Positions 8,095-18,335 are shown, counted from the first letter of the stretch. The stretch: 35,869 bases of DNA from Bdellovibrionales bacterium (GCA_043739185.1 JAYUEN010000358.1:1-35869); one strand, 5' to 3'. The notes: generated by a model from the sequence alone, not told the origin. Translations and numbers: made by a program.

Positions 8095-9395
8095 AAGTGG
8101 CGTGTTTATTTTTTGGAGATCAATTCGGCGAGGATCAGGCGGGAGAACAAGACTTAAGAGGTGTTGCTGAAATATTTTATCGTGCGACTCCACAAATTAT
8201 GTTGAGATCCAACCAGGCTCTTTTTTTAGAGATTGGCAAATGCAAGGGGCTTTATTCTGAAGAGGCTTTTGTGAGACGGACCTATGCGACTTTGCATAAG
8301 CTTGGTCTAAAAGTCAAAATTGGCATTGCTCATGATATTCCGACGGCACTGAGCTTTGCGGTCTATGGCAAAAGCGAAAAGCTAGCTTTGCCGATTGATG
8401 CCTTGCGGTTTTATGCCAATCCACTTGGGGATCAAGAGGATCTGGAGAAAAGTATGATCAAGATTATTTTAATTCTTAAGGATTTGGGGATGAGGTGCTT
8501 GCGTGATTTTTTAAATATCCCACAGGCTGAGCTCAGTAGTCGCTTTGGTTCTTTGGGGCAAATTTGTTTTCTGCGCCTACAAGGCTTAAGCGAAATTTTG
8601 TGGAGGCCCTTTGTTTTAAGTGAGCTGGTGTCTGAGCGCTGTGAGTTCGATCAAGAAAGTCCAGTTGATAATTTAGAGCCCATTTATTTTAAACTGAAAA
8701 CGATGCTAGAAAAAGTGAGTTTAAGGTTAAAAGTAAAAGGCAAGAGGCTTAAGAGTTTTGAAGTTATACTAAAGCAAGAACACGCTATGACCCCAACTGA
8801 GTGCTTTCGAAAATTTCAAGTTCTATTGCAGTTACCCTATGTTTCAAATAAAATTATTTTTCAGATTGCTCAAGAAAAAATCGATGCGGGAGTTTTGCAA
8901 AAGCCACTGAAAGCCCGCATCAGCGAATTTTCAGTGCTTGTGACCGAAGATGTGCCTTATTCAATGAGCCAAAAAGATCTTTTTCATCAGAAAAAAGAAG
9001 AAACCCAGGAGAATTTCTTTCATCTGGTTTCTCGTTTATCAACTAAGCTTGGCGAGGGAGCGGCGTTTTTCGCAAAGCCTCAAGAGAGTTATTTGCCTGA
9101 AAAAAACTGGGTGAGGAGTTCAGAGTATGCTCATGCTGAAATTCGAGATCAACTGCCGGAGAGACCATTAAGAGTTTTTAATTACGCCAAGCCCGTACAA
9201 TATTTGGGGCGAAAAATTCTTTCACAAGATTTTAATGAGGAAGTCTTGGAGTGGAGCGATAAAGAAGTTGTCTTCTCTGAATGGTGGGATTCGCCTCTTG
9301 AGCGAGTCTATTACCGTGTGCTTACAAAAACGGGGCGTGAACTCTGGATGTATCGAACCTCTCGAGGGGATTTTTTGCATGGTGAATTTGATTGA
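8091..9395 (+). CDS. imuB: ImuB, inactive Y-family polymerase-like protein
   Basis: ALFLEI..C..L, KIGIA, LPIDAL and LSSRFG segments, clamp motif QKDLF, PERPLR and C-terminal EWW..RVYYRV..LWMYR..FLHGEFD. ATGA overlap with imuA. Confidence 0.85.
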   Translation: MKVACLFFGDQFGEDQAGEQDLRGVAEIFYRATPQIMLRSNQALFLEIGKCKGLYSEEAFVRRTYATLHKLGLKVKIGIAHDIPTALSFAVYGKSEKLALPIDALRFYANPLGDQEDLEKSMIKIILILKDLGMRCLRDFLNIPQAELSSRFGSLGQICFLRLQGLSEILWRPFVLSELVSERCEFDQESPVDNLEPIYFKLKTMLEKVSLRLKVKGKRLKSFEVILKQEHAMTPTECFRKFQVLLQLPYVSNKIIFQIAQEKIDAGVLQKPLKARISEFSVLVTEDVPYSMSQKDLFHQKKEETQENFFHLVSRLSTKLGEGAAFFAKPQESYLPEKNWVRSSEYAHAEIRDQLPERPLRVFNYAKPVQYLGRKILSQDFNEEVLEWSDKEVVFSEWWDSPLERVYYRVLTKTGRELWMYRTSRGDFLHGEFD

Positions 9396-12300
9396 GCTAT
9401 GTCGAGCTCAAGGCTAAATCCAATTTTAGTTTCTTAACGGGAGCTTCTCACCCTGAAGAACTTGCCCAAACCGCGATAGGTTTGGGTCTTAAGGGTCTCG
9501 CCATTACAGATGTCTCAGGTGTTTACGGTATGCCTAGAGCCTACAAAGAAACCAAAGCGCATGAAGATTTTAAATTCATCGTAGGTACCGAGCTTAACTT
9601 TTTAGATCACACTCCAATCACAGCTTTGGCGCAAACTAAAAGTGCCTATGCACTCATTTGCAGGCTTCTCACTATGGCTAAAGCGAAAGCCGAAAAAGGC
9701 AAAACCTATCTTAAGTTTGAAGATTTTTTGAAATTCACTGGGGAGCATAAGGCCAAACAGCAACTCATATTACTAGCTGACACAAAAGCGGATTTTTCAA
9801 GACTCTGTGAGGGTTTTTCCAAGAGACAGGTTTATTCTCCACTGACTATGTATTTAGATGGCAAAGATAAGGCGAGAGCAAAAGAGTCGTTTGAAATTTC
9901 GAAAAAATTTGAGATCAAGCTCATAGCTTCAAATGATGTTTATTACCATCGTAAGACCAGAAAGATTTTGCAAGATGTTTTGGTTTCAATTCGAGAGAAT
10001 AAGCCACTTAAGGAAGTGGGGTTTTTATTAAATGTAAATGCAGAGAGGTATTTAAAATCCCCTCTTGAAATGCAAGCGCTCTACAAAGATTTTCCGGAGC
10101 TTTTAGCGCGTACTTTAGAGATTGCAGAAAGCTGTAGTTTTTCACCGAGTGAACTTAAATATCGTTATCCATCCGAATGGATCCCTCACGGCTTTAATGG
10201 CCAATCCTATCTTGAGCACTTGGTCTGGCAAGAAGCACCGATACGCTATAAAAACGGTATGAGTGAGAAAGTGAAAACCCAAGTTTTGCATGAGCTTAAA
10301 CTCATTGGCGAGCTCGGCTATGCAGATTATTTTTTGACGATTTATGATATTGTCGAATTTGCAAAACGAAAAAATATTCTCTGCCAAGGTCGGGGCTCGG
10401 CTGCCAACTCAGTGGTTTGTTATGTTTTAGGCGTGACCGCGATCGATCCGATTCAAATGAATTTATTATTTGAGCGCTTTATGAGTCATGAACGTGGCGA
10501 GCCCCCAGATATTGATATTGATTTTGAACACGAGCGCAGAGAAGAAGTCATTCAGTATATTTATCAAAAGTACGGCAGAGATCGCGCTGCCATGGTGAGT
10601 GCGGTGGTGACCTATCGTTATCGCAGTGCTTTTCGCGAGGTTTGTAAGGCTTTTGGAGTCGAAGTGGGGAGCCTTTCAGCTAAAAAAGTTGAAAGATCTT
10701 TTGATGAGCTTACGAAGAATCACACGAAGAATCAAACTGAGCAGAAAAAATTGCGTGAGCAAATTGATCAAGTCACCGAAGAACTTCAAGGCTTTCCGAG
10801 GCATCTCTCTATTCATAGTGGGGGTTTCACTCTGAGTGCTGATCCAATTATTGATCTCGTGCCGGTTGAGCCTGCGCGCATGAATGGCCGCAGTATCATT
10901 CAGTGGGACAAATATGATCTCGATACCTTGGGCCTTATTAAAGTAGATATTCTTTCGCTCGGAATGCTTTCAGCGCTGAGAAAATGTCTGGAGCTTACTA
11001 GTTTGAAGCTTTACGAGATTCCACATGATGATTCAAAAACGTATGAGATGATCAGTCGCGGAGATACGGTTGGTACTTTTCAAATTGAATCGCGCGCCCA
11101 AATGAGTATGCTCGGGCGTCTGCAGCCAAAAAATTTTTATGATTTGGTAATCGAGGTCGCGATCGTGCGCCCCGGACCCATTGTTGGCAAGATGGTGCAT
11201 CCTTATTTGAAAAGACGCCGAGGTTTAGAGAAGGTGACTTATCCAAATAAGATAGTTGAAAATATTTTAGGTAAAACCATGGGGGTGCCACTTTTTCAAG
11301 AGCAAGTGATGAAACTTGCAATTGATCTCGCTGGCTTTAGTGGGGGCGAGGCGGACTTGCTACGAAAATCTATTAATGCTTGGCGAACGAGTGCGCCCAT
11401 TGGGGTGATGGCCAATCGTTTGCGAGACGGCATGCTTAAGGCCGGTATGACCCAGGCTTTTTCAGATCAAATTTTTGAGCAGATTCAGGGTTTCAGTCAT
11501 TACGGCTTTCCTGAAAGCCATGCGGCTTCGTTTGCACTCCTCGCCTATGCTTCAAGTTATTTGAAGTCCCATCATCCGGCAGAGTTTACTTGTTCGTTGG
11601 TGAATTCTCAACCTCTCGGATTTTACCGCAATGATACTTTGATTTATGATGCTTTAAGAAATGGAGTTGAAGTTTTGCCGGTTTCAGTTTTGCATTCGGT
11701 TTGGGATTGCCAAATTGAAGCTCCTAATAAAATCCGGCTTGGGTTTCGCGTGACAAACGGAATTGCTAAAAAGGATATTGAAGAATTGATTTGCGAGAGA
11801 AATTTGAAAGCCTTTGCAGGACTTGCTGATTTTGTGAAGCGCTCAACAATTAAAAAAGATGTTTTAAATCGCATCGCCCTTGCGGGCCGCTTCAGTGAGT
11901 TCAATTGGAGTGCCAGAGATTCGCTCTGGGCAATTCTTGAATATCAAAACCTAATTGGCCCCAAGAGAGGCGAACAGATGAATCTGTTCGCAGAATCTAC
12001 CTGCTTAGTTTTGGAGGCGCGGCGCTCCAAAGACGACTCCTCCAAAACTAAGCAGGTAGATTTGGGCGGTTTCGACATAATCCAAAATGACTACAATGCT
12101 TTTTCGCTATCAACCCACGGGCATCCGATGCAAGAGATGCGAAAGCGCTTTGCGCGAATTCCTAAGACTACTTCGCAGATGCTTAAGACTACAAAGAGCG
12201 GCAGTAAAATCTCAATTTCAGGCCTCATACTTGTGCGCCAAAAGCCGCCAACGGCAAAGGGGGTTTGTTTTGCGACACTTGAAGATGAATTTGGTTTTAT

Positions 12301-12517
12301 CGATCTTGTCCTCTGGAAGAATATTTTTGAAAAGTACAAAGAAGTATTTTTACAACATTGTTTTATTACGGTGAGTGGAATACTTCAACGCGATCTCAAT
12401 ACGATCAATGTTTTGGTGGATGTGGTCAGGCCAATCTGGGGTGAAGCGGAAGCAACAACTAAAGCAAAAAATGAAATCCAGCCGCTCAACATTGAGCCGA
12501 ACCAATATTTCTACTAA
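9392..12517 (+). CDS. dnaE2: Error-prone DNA polymerase III alpha (DnaE2/ImuC)
   Basis: SNFSFLTGASHPEEL, QGRGSAANS, PPDIDIDFEHERREEV, RHLSIHSGGF, YGFPESHAASF and OB-fold RQKPPTAKG. TTGA overlap with imuB. Confidence 0.95.
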   Translation: MSYVELKAKSNFSFLTGASHPEELAQTAIGLGLKGLAITDVSGVYGMPRAYKETKAHEDFKFIVGTELNFLDHTPITALAQTKSAYALICRLLTMAKAKAEKGKTYLKFEDFLKFTGEHKAKQQLILLADTKADFSRLCEGFSKRQVYSPLTMYLDGKDKARAKESFEISKKFEIKLIASNDVYYHRKTRKILQDVLVSIRENKPLKEVGFLLNVNAERYLKSPLEMQALYKDFPELLARTLEIAESCSFSPSELKYRYPSEWIPHGFNGQSYLEHLVWQEAPIRYKNGMSEKVKTQVLHELKLIGELGYADYFLTIYDIVEFAKRKNILCQGRGSAANSVVCYVLGVTAIDPIQMNLLFERFMSHERGEPPDIDIDFEHERREEVIQYIYQKYGRDRAAMVSAVVTYRYRSAFREVCKAFGVEVGSLSAKKVERSFDELTKNHTKNQTEQKKLREQIDQVTEELQGFPRHLSIHSGGFTLSADPIIDLVPVEPARMNGRSIIQWDKYDLDTLGLIKVDILSLGMLSALRKCLELTSLKLYEIPHDDSKTYEMISRGDTVGTFQIESRAQMSMLGRLQPKNFYDLVIEVAIVRPGPIVGKMVHPYLKRRRGLEKVTYPNKIVENILGKTMGVPLFQEQVMKLAIDLAGFSGGEADLLRKSINAWRTSAPIGVMANRLRDGMLKAGMTQAFSDQIFEQIQGFSHYGFPESHAASFALLAYASSYLKSHHPAEFTCSLVNSQPLGFYRNDTLIYDALRNGVEVLPVSVLHSVWDCQIEAPNKIRLGFRVTNGIAKKDIEELICERNLKAFAGLADFVKRSTIKKDVLNRIALAGRFSEFNWSARDSLWAILEYQNLIGPKRGEQMNLFAESTCLVLEARRSKDDSSKTKQVDLGGFDIIQNDYNAFSLSTHGHPMQEMRKRFARIPKTTSQMLKTTKSGSKISISGLILVRQKPPTAKGVCFATLEDEFGFIDLVLWKNIFEKYKEVFLQHCFITVSGILQRDLNTINVLVDVVRPIWGEAEATTKAKNEIQPLNIEPNQYFY
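11994..12062. repeat. Palindromic REP/MITE-like element, copy 2 (inside dnaE2)
   Basis: Perfect 24-bp arms at 11994-12017 and 12039-12062 with the same 20-bp core. The dnaE2 reading frame stays open. Confidence 0.92.
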
Positions 12518-12705
12518 CTTTAAGTATAGTAAAAGCCTAAGGCAAACATAGTCAAACGTCTGGCAGACCAGAGTCATAGGCACTTCAATGGTCCGGATAC
12601 AAGATCAACCAAGAAATATACATTCCGAAATCACCATGAACTCGACAAACTATTTGTGAGTAAAAATAATCTTGCGCAAAAAGCAAAAGAGAAACGGGAG
12701 TCGCT

Positions 12706-13569
12706 TTGAAAATAAATTTGAAAAATAGAATTTTGATAGCAGGTCTTATTACAAGTTTTGCTTTTACATTTGCCTACCAACAAAAAGCAAATGCGGGCAC
12801 TCCACACTTTCAGAAAATCATGACCGTGATTTTCGAAAATACCGATTATAATCCGACCATGAGAGAAGACTACTTTGCATTTTTTGCCTCTCATGGGGCT
12901 TTGCTTTCAAATTTTTTTGGTGAATTTCATCCCTCGCAGGGAAATTATATTTCACTCATAACCGGAAATAATTATGAGGTCACCAATGACGGCACGACGA
13001 CCATAGATCAGTTGAGCATTATTGATTCTCTAGAAAAAAAAGGCCTTACTTGGAGAGTCTATGCGGAAGGCTACCCCGGAAATTGTTACCTCAAAGACTC
13101 CGGTAAATATGTTAGAAAGCACAATCCTTTTATTAGCATTGCAAATATTCAAACCAACCCAAAGCGTTGTGCCAATATTGTGAATGCAAGCCAATTGGCT
13201 CAAGATATCGCAAGTGGTGAAGTGACCAATTATTCATTTTATATTCCAGATTTAAATAATGATGGGCACGATACCGGAGTTCATTACTCAAACGAGTGGT
13301 TTAAAAATAATTTTTCAGCTTATTTGCAGGATCCAAAATTCATGCAGGGCATGGCGGTGGTTGCAACCTTCGACGAAGGCTCATATTTTGGCGGTAACCA
13401 CATCTATACGGCAATAGTAGGTGAGGGCATTGTGCCCGGCTCAGAATCAAATGAGCGTTACGATCATTATAGTCTTCTTAAAATGATTGAAGACAATTTT
13501 TCGCTTGATTCACTTGGGCAATACGATGAGACGGCGCCTCCAATTGCTGGCATTTGGCAAACCCCTTAA
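12706..13569 (+). CDS. Secreted phosphoesterase (acid phosphatase/phospholipase C superfamily)
   Basis: Signal peptide plus motifs VIFEN, HPSQGNY, YVRKHNPF, NDGHD, TFDE and YDHYSLL. Confidence 0.85.
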   Translation: MKINLKNRILIAGLITSFAFTFAYQQKANAGTPHFQKIMTVIFENTDYNPTMREDYFAFFASHGALLSNFFGEFHPSQGNYISLITGNNYEVTNDGTTTIDQLSIIDSLEKKGLTWRVYAEGYPGNCYLKDSGKYVRKHNPFISIANIQTNPKRCANIVNASQLAQDIASGEVTNYSFYIPDLNNDGHDTGVHYSNEWFKNNFSAYLQDPKFMQGMAVVATFDEGSYFGGNHIYTAIVGEGIVPGSESNERYDHYSLLKMIEDNFSLDSLGQYDETAPPIAGIWQTP

Positions 13570-13585
13570 GTTGCAAGGAGTGGGA

Positions 13586-14425
13586 ATGAAGTTAAAAGCG
13601 ATTGTAAGTCTAGCCACAGTTTTTGGATTGTATCAAACAAATGCTCAAGCCAGCACTCAACACTTTCATAAAATCATGACGGTGGTCTTTGAAAACACCA
13701 ATTATCGTCCGACCATCAGGCAAGACTTTTTCGCTTCATTTGCGGCAAAAGGAGCTTTGCTTTCAAACTTTCATGCCGAAGCTCATCCCTCGCAAGGAAA
13801 TTATATTTCGATGATCACTGGTAGCAACTATGGAGTAAAAGACGATGGCGTGACCACGGTCAATGCCAAAAACATCGTTGATATTTTAGAAGAAAAAGGT
13901 CTTACTTGGAGAGTCTATGTTGAAGGTTATCCTGGTAATTGTTTTTTGGGAAATACCGGAAGCTATGTGCGTAAACATAATCCATTTATTAGCATGGCTG
14001 ATATTCAGAGTAATCCGAAGCGTTGCGCCAATATTGTAAACTCAGATCAGTTAGACGATGATATCGCAAATAATCAAATCGCAGATTATTCTTTTTATGT
14101 TCCGGATGAAGAAGATGATGGACATAATACCGGAGTGGTTTTTGCCAATATGTGGTTTAAGATTAAATTTGGACCACTATTGAGAAATGCAAAATTCATG
14201 AAGGGCATGGCAGTGGTTGCGACTTTTGATGAAAGTTCAATTTTTGGATTCAATCAAGTCTATACGGCCATTGTCGGCGAGGGCGTCTCTCCTGGGTCTG
14301 AATCATTGACCTGGTATAATCACTACAGCTTGCTGCGAATGATCGAGGACAATTATTCACTGAACTCGCTTGGCAAATTTGATGCAGAAGCCACCTCGGT
14401 ACGAGATATTTGGCTCAATCCGTAA
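13586..14425 (+). CDS. Secreted phosphoesterase, tandem paralog
   Basis: Same motifs (VFEN, HPSQGNY, YVRKHNPF, DDGHN, TFDE, HYSLL). The AAGGAG RBS and signal peptide support a start at 13586 rather than 13487. Confidence 0.85.
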   Translation: MKLKAIVSLATVFGLYQTNAQASTQHFHKIMTVVFENTNYRPTIRQDFFASFAAKGALLSNFHAEAHPSQGNYISMITGSNYGVKDDGVTTVNAKNIVDILEEKGLTWRVYVEGYPGNCFLGNTGSYVRKHNPFISMADIQSNPKRCANIVNSDQLDDDIANNQIADYSFYVPDEEDDGHNTGVVFANMWFKIKFGPLLRNAKFMKGMAVVATFDESSIFGFNQVYTAIVGEGVSPGSESLTWYNHYSLLRMIEDNYSLNSLGKFDAEATSVRDIWLNP

Positions 14426-15194
14426 TTCTTTTGCAAATATGCTTTAAACTCTGCCATTCATCTTGAGTGAGAACCTCAATGGGTTTTTCAATATTGATTC
14501 TCTTTGCTTCTTCGGCCCTTAATTCACTCGGTGGATGGTCTGAAATAAAATCAGGAATATTCGAAAGCTTTTCAAGCTTCTTAAAGAAGTGAGCGTATCC
14601 AAGTGTACTTATAGAGGCTTTTTGAAGTCTCAAGAGTCCTTCATGATCAGCTTCGGCTTCTTGTTCTCTGGTAAAGCGCAAATTTAAAAGTAGATTGAGT
14701 ATTTCTCCGCCAGTACCTAGTTGGCCACTGAAGATCACATGCAGGGCCCCAAAAGTGAGTAGTCTAGTCGCAAGGCCTTGCAAAATATGGCGATGAACCA
14801 CGTGAGAAATTTCATGAGCCAAAATTCCTGCAATTTCGTCAGCCGAATCGGCCTCACTAAGAAGGCCCTGATAAATAAAAATTTGACCACCTAAGTGCGC
14901 AAAGGCATTGATGACATCTCCTTTTGCAATATGAAGATCGATATCGATTTGCTGATCATTCGGAAGTGATGGATAAACGGATGCCAATAATTTCTTTAAA
15001 GCTGCATCGCCAGCGGGAGAGCTGCAGGACTCAATTGCAGAAGTCTCGCCGAGGCGGGTAGCCCATTTTTTTTCAATGCTCCAAGGAATTTTTGCAACCA
15101 AAGCCGGGAGGCCAACGGCGATGAGTCCTGCCACGAGAATCCCGAGTGAAAGCCAAAAAAGCCCTTTAAGTTTTGAGTTTGAAATCTCATTCAT
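14415..15194 (-). CDS. M48-family zinc metallopeptidase
   Basis: N-terminal TM, NAFA.LGG, LAHEISH, REQEAEAD and SDHP. Confidence 0.9.
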   Translation of the reverse strand: MNEISNSKLKGLFWLSLGILVAGLIAVGLPALVAKIPWSIEKKWATRLGETSAIESCSSPAGDAALKKLLASVYPSLPNDQQIDIDLHIAKGDVINAFAHLGGQIFIYQGLLSEADSADEIAGILAHEISHVVHRHILQGLATRLLTFGALHVIFSGQLGTGGEILNLLLNLRFTREQEAEADHEGLLRLQKASISTLGYAHFFKKLEKLSNIPDFISDHPPSELRAEEAKRINIEKPIEVLTQDEWQSLKHICKRITD

Positions 15195-15210
15195 GAAACA
15201 GCGCCTTAAG

Positions 15211-16449
15211 CTAACGATGCATTACAAATATTTTGATAATATAAAAAATCACAACCATCACAGTAACAATAATAGCCAGTGGTCCTTGCTGAAGTTTGCT
15301 AGCTGATGCTGAATTGTTTCGGCCTAGATTCAAAGTGCCGGTACCACTTACGGTATCGACGAAAGTTTCTTTGTCTTGAATGATGGCTTGTGGAATCAGA
15401 TCGGGAGTCTTGGTTTTAGCACCATTTATTTTTTTAACCGCGGTACCGATAGCCATGAATTCGACTAAGCCTCCACCTAAATCGTAGACCCTAATTTTAA
15501 CACCAACGACTTCATCGGCCCCGCATTTCTCAGCATCAGCCTCAATTCGGGCAAGAGCTTTTTCTCTGGCTTCATAGAGCATTTCGGTGAGGCCACTGAC
15601 TTCGCCGCCGCCGAGAGTTTGAAAGAAGGACAATATCCCGCCTTTAAGGCCTAGAGAGTAAACTGAAACGCCCATCACCAGGCGAATGGGCAAATATCCG
15701 AGATTGGCCATATTCCACATTTCTTCATTGGTCATATCACTGGTCACCGGATTTTCAGAATACTCTTCTAGAAGTGGATGATGAGAGGCCGTACCCACCA
15801 TTATCATTTCTTGCGCATTCATCAGTGGCGAAATAGTGGTTTCGATACCTACTATGGCATTGGCTTTGTATTTTTTTGCTTCAGCCGTAATGCGAGCTAA
15901 AGCCAAATGACGAGTGCGATCAAAGATTTCGGAGTATTGTTTTACTTCACCGCGCACCATGCTGCTAAACATTCCAGAAATATTTCCGCCTAGACCGATT
16001 GAGTAGGCAACATTTCCAAAGACAAAATGCAGGGGTTCAAAGCCTGCGTCGAGTTGGCAATAAAGTTGTTGGGCATCAGCAGAAGTTGAAAAGCTAATGG
16101 GTTTTTCATCTTGGCCTTTGTGGACACATGAGCCTAAGGTGATAAATTCTAAATTGCCACCGTGATTGATGAGATCAAATGAAATTCCGGTTACGCCCGT
16201 GCCGCCATAATGTCTAGCTTCAAGAATCATGCGGTCAAAGGATTTTTGCCGACCATTGTGAACCAGGGCAGTGACTTCACTTACTTCGCCGCCACCCAAA
16301 GCAGAAAGGCCTGCTCCGAGTCCGCCCGCCACACCAATTGCGACCACACTATTGCCCACACAGAGTTGGCCAGGCTTAAGTGCAACTTTGCTCAAGCAAA
16401 ATATTTCATTTCCTGAAAGACCGGTAACGCGTTTGTGTTCTGAAGCCAT
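15211..16449 (-). CDS. Protein with three YbjQ/UPF0145 (heavy-metal-binding-like) domains and a C-terminal TM anchor
   Basis: Three repeats of G.S....G..GEV...T.....R..A..R...EA...GA..VVG+...E....GTA, followed by the hydrophobic tail LAIIVTVMVVIFYII. Confidence 0.75.
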   Translation of the reverse strand: MASEHKRVTGLSGNEIFCLSKVALKPGQLCVGNSVVAIGVAGGLGAGLSALGGGEVSEVTALVHNGRQKSFDRMILEARHYGGTGVTGISFDLINHGGNLEFITLGSCVHKGQDEKPISFSTSADAQQLYCQLDAGFEPLHFVFGNVAYSIGLGGNISGMFSSMVRGEVKQYSEIFDRTRHLALARITAEAKKYKANAIVGIETTISPLMNAQEMIMVGTASHHPLLEEYSENPVTSDMTNEEMWNMANLGYLPIRLVMGVSVYSLGLKGGILSFFQTLGGGEVSGLTEMLYEAREKALARIEADAEKCGADEVVGVKIRVYDLGGGLVEFMAIGTAVKKINGAKTKTPDLIPQAIIQDKETFVDTVSGTGTLNLGRNNSASASKLQQGPLAIIVTVMVVIFYIIKIFVMHR

Positions 16450-16509
16450 GCGAGATTCTCCTGGTGTTTTGATCTCTTCATCACACCAGAATCTTTGCGC
16501 CGCTACAAA

Positions 16510-16920
16510 TTATTTCTTCTGAATGCTAAATGCTACTTTTTTAAGTCCGCCAGTTTTAATTGCATCGACGAGATCTGTGACCATCTGAATGGTGACATCT
16601 TTATCGGCAACTAAAAGCGCTGAGGTCTCGGGATTGACGATTACTTGTTTCTTTGATTCATCAATAAGGCCATCAATGCTAACGGCCTTATTGTTTACAA
16701 AGAGTTCGCCATTTTTACCTAATACAACACGCATTGGTGCTTTATCCTTGTCGGTTTGCGCACTTGTTGATTTTGGTAGATTAATATCAACCTTGGGTTT
16801 CATTACAAGTGGTGCTGCCACCATAAAGATAATCAGAACCACCAAGATGATATCGACCAGAGGGATAACATTGATCTCAACGATCGAGCCGTGATCATTA
16901 CTTTGTGTAGAAGCTGCCAT
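16510..16920 (-). CDS. exbD: ExbD/TolR biopolymer transport protein
   Basis: EINVIPLVDIILVVLIIFMV motif. Confidence 0.9.
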   Translation of the reverse strand: MAASTQSNDHGSIVEINVIPLVDIILVVLIIFMVAAPLVMKPKVDINLPKSTSAQTDKDKAPMRVVLGKNGELFVNNKAVSIDGLIDESKKQVIVNPETSALLVADKDVTIQMVTDLVDAIKTGGLKKVAFSIQKK

Positions 16921-16926
16921 ATTAAA

Positions 16927-17550
16927 TTACGCCTTTCTGCTTTTAGTATAAACCAGACAAAGGTCTCGTGCCGCATCGATATTTGCCAGAATCAATCCGA
17001 CCTTCTTTTGAAAAAAGTTAAAGGCCACAACTGCCGGGATCGCAACAGCAAGTCCAATCGCTGTTGAAACTAGAGCATGACCAATGCCTGCCATGACGGC
17101 TTCGTTCCCATTTGCGGGATTGGTAGCCAAATCATTAAAGGCTTTCATAATGCCCATCACGGTTCCGAGTAGGCCGATATAGGGAGCATTTGAAGCAATC
17201 GTTCCTAAAATATTAAGATTTTTTTCTAAGCCTGGTTTTTCAACTCCCTTGAAGGAATTAAAAAGTTCATCAAGGCCGTTTGCTCCATGCGCTTGAACAT
17301 AATCGAGTCCGTAGCCTAGAGCTCGACCCTCAAGTGAGGTAGCCTGAGTAGAAAGGGTTTTGATCTCATCTAAATTTTGATTCTTAAGTACTCCTTTAAA
17401 ACCAGTGGCCATTGTTTGGCTTGAAGCGCTGAGCTTTTTGAGAGCAAAAAATCTTTCAATCATTATCGAAACGCTGATCACACTGAGTAGGCCCATGAGA
17501 TAAAGAATTCCTGAAGCTGAGAAATCTGCGATCTTAAATAAAGTATCCAT
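16927..17550 (-). CDS. exbB: ExbB/TolQ proton channel protein
   Basis: LGTIASNAPYIGLLGTVMGI and ALVSTAIGLAVAIPA. Confidence 0.9.
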   Translation of the reverse strand: MDTLFKIADFSASGILYLMGLLSVISVSIMIERFFALKKLSASSQTMATGFKGVLKNQNLDEIKTLSTQATSLEGRALGYGLDYVQAHGANGLDELFNSFKGVEKPGLEKNLNILGTIASNAPYIGLLGTVMGIMKAFNDLATNPANGNEAVMAGIGHALVSTAIGLAVAIPAVVAFNFFQKKVGLILANIDAARDLCLVYTKSRKA

Positions 17551-17622
17551 TTCGTTTCCTCTCGTTTTAGATTTTTAAAAACTGGTATCAAAATGCGTCT
17601 TAAAGTAATCTTCAAAACGCAC

Positions 17623-18276
17623 TCAGCTAGCATCTTGCAATTTGAATTCCACACGAACCTGATGATCGAGTTTGCGAAAAACTTTTCCGCTTTGGTCAGT
17701 GAAGGGACGGTACTTCCATTGTTCAACCGCACGTTTAGCTTCACTTTGAAAAAGATTTCTTTGCTCTCCGTCTACGACACGAATGTTTTCGACTTCGCCC
17801 TTTTCATTGATATCTAGTTTCATTAAGACCCAGCCCTCGGTGCCAGCTTGGAGTGCCGCTTTTGGGTACTTCGGTTTTATCTTATAGAAGGGAGTAGTCG
17901 CAGCCGTACCTGTGCCATCGCTTGCTTGTGTGGCGACTGGCTTTGCAGCCGCTTGTGTGCCCGCAATATCCGAATGTTCATCTTGAATTTCTTTGGGCGA
18001 ATTATCTAAAACCGGTTTTGTCTCTGGCGGAGTTTCTGGAGCAACGACTTTTGCCACATGCCTGATTTCTTGTGCGGGCTCAGGCGGTCGATCAAAGCTC
18101 TCGTAAGTCATATCAATGATCTTATCTACTGGCAAAACACTTGGGTGCCAATTGATTTTCAGAAATGAAATCACCGATAGAGCGATAAAGCCATGAACAA
18201 AAACGGAGTAGATAAAAGAGCCACTGCCGCTTTCTGGTGATAGGATGTTTTGATTTTGTAGAGCCTGTGCTTTCAT
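17623..18276 (-). CDS. tonB: TonB energy transducer
   Basis: TM anchor with S...H, Pro-rich linker and C-terminal PKYPKAA..GTEGWV..F..EA.RAV.QWKYRP. Confidence 0.88.
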   Translation of the reverse strand: MKAQALQNQNILSPESGSGSFIYSVFVHGFIALSVISFLKINWHPSVLPVDKIIDMTYESFDRPPEPAQEIRHVAKVVAPETPPETKPVLDNSPKEIQDEHSDIAGTQAAAKPVATQASDGTGTAATTPFYKIKPKYPKAALQAGTEGWVLMKLDINEKGEVENIRVVDGEQRNLFQSEAKRAVEQWKYRPFTDQSGKVFRKLDHQVRVEFKLQDAS

Positions 18277-18335
18277 TCTAGCTTCCCCTTCTGGTTAGAA
18301 CTAAATTTCCCTGAAATTTTGTCTCAAAATTTTAC

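Noticed and set aside
13487..13585. N-terminal extension of the second phosphoesterase
   Set aside because: It overlaps the upstream gene. The RBS and signal peptide point to the ATG at 13586.
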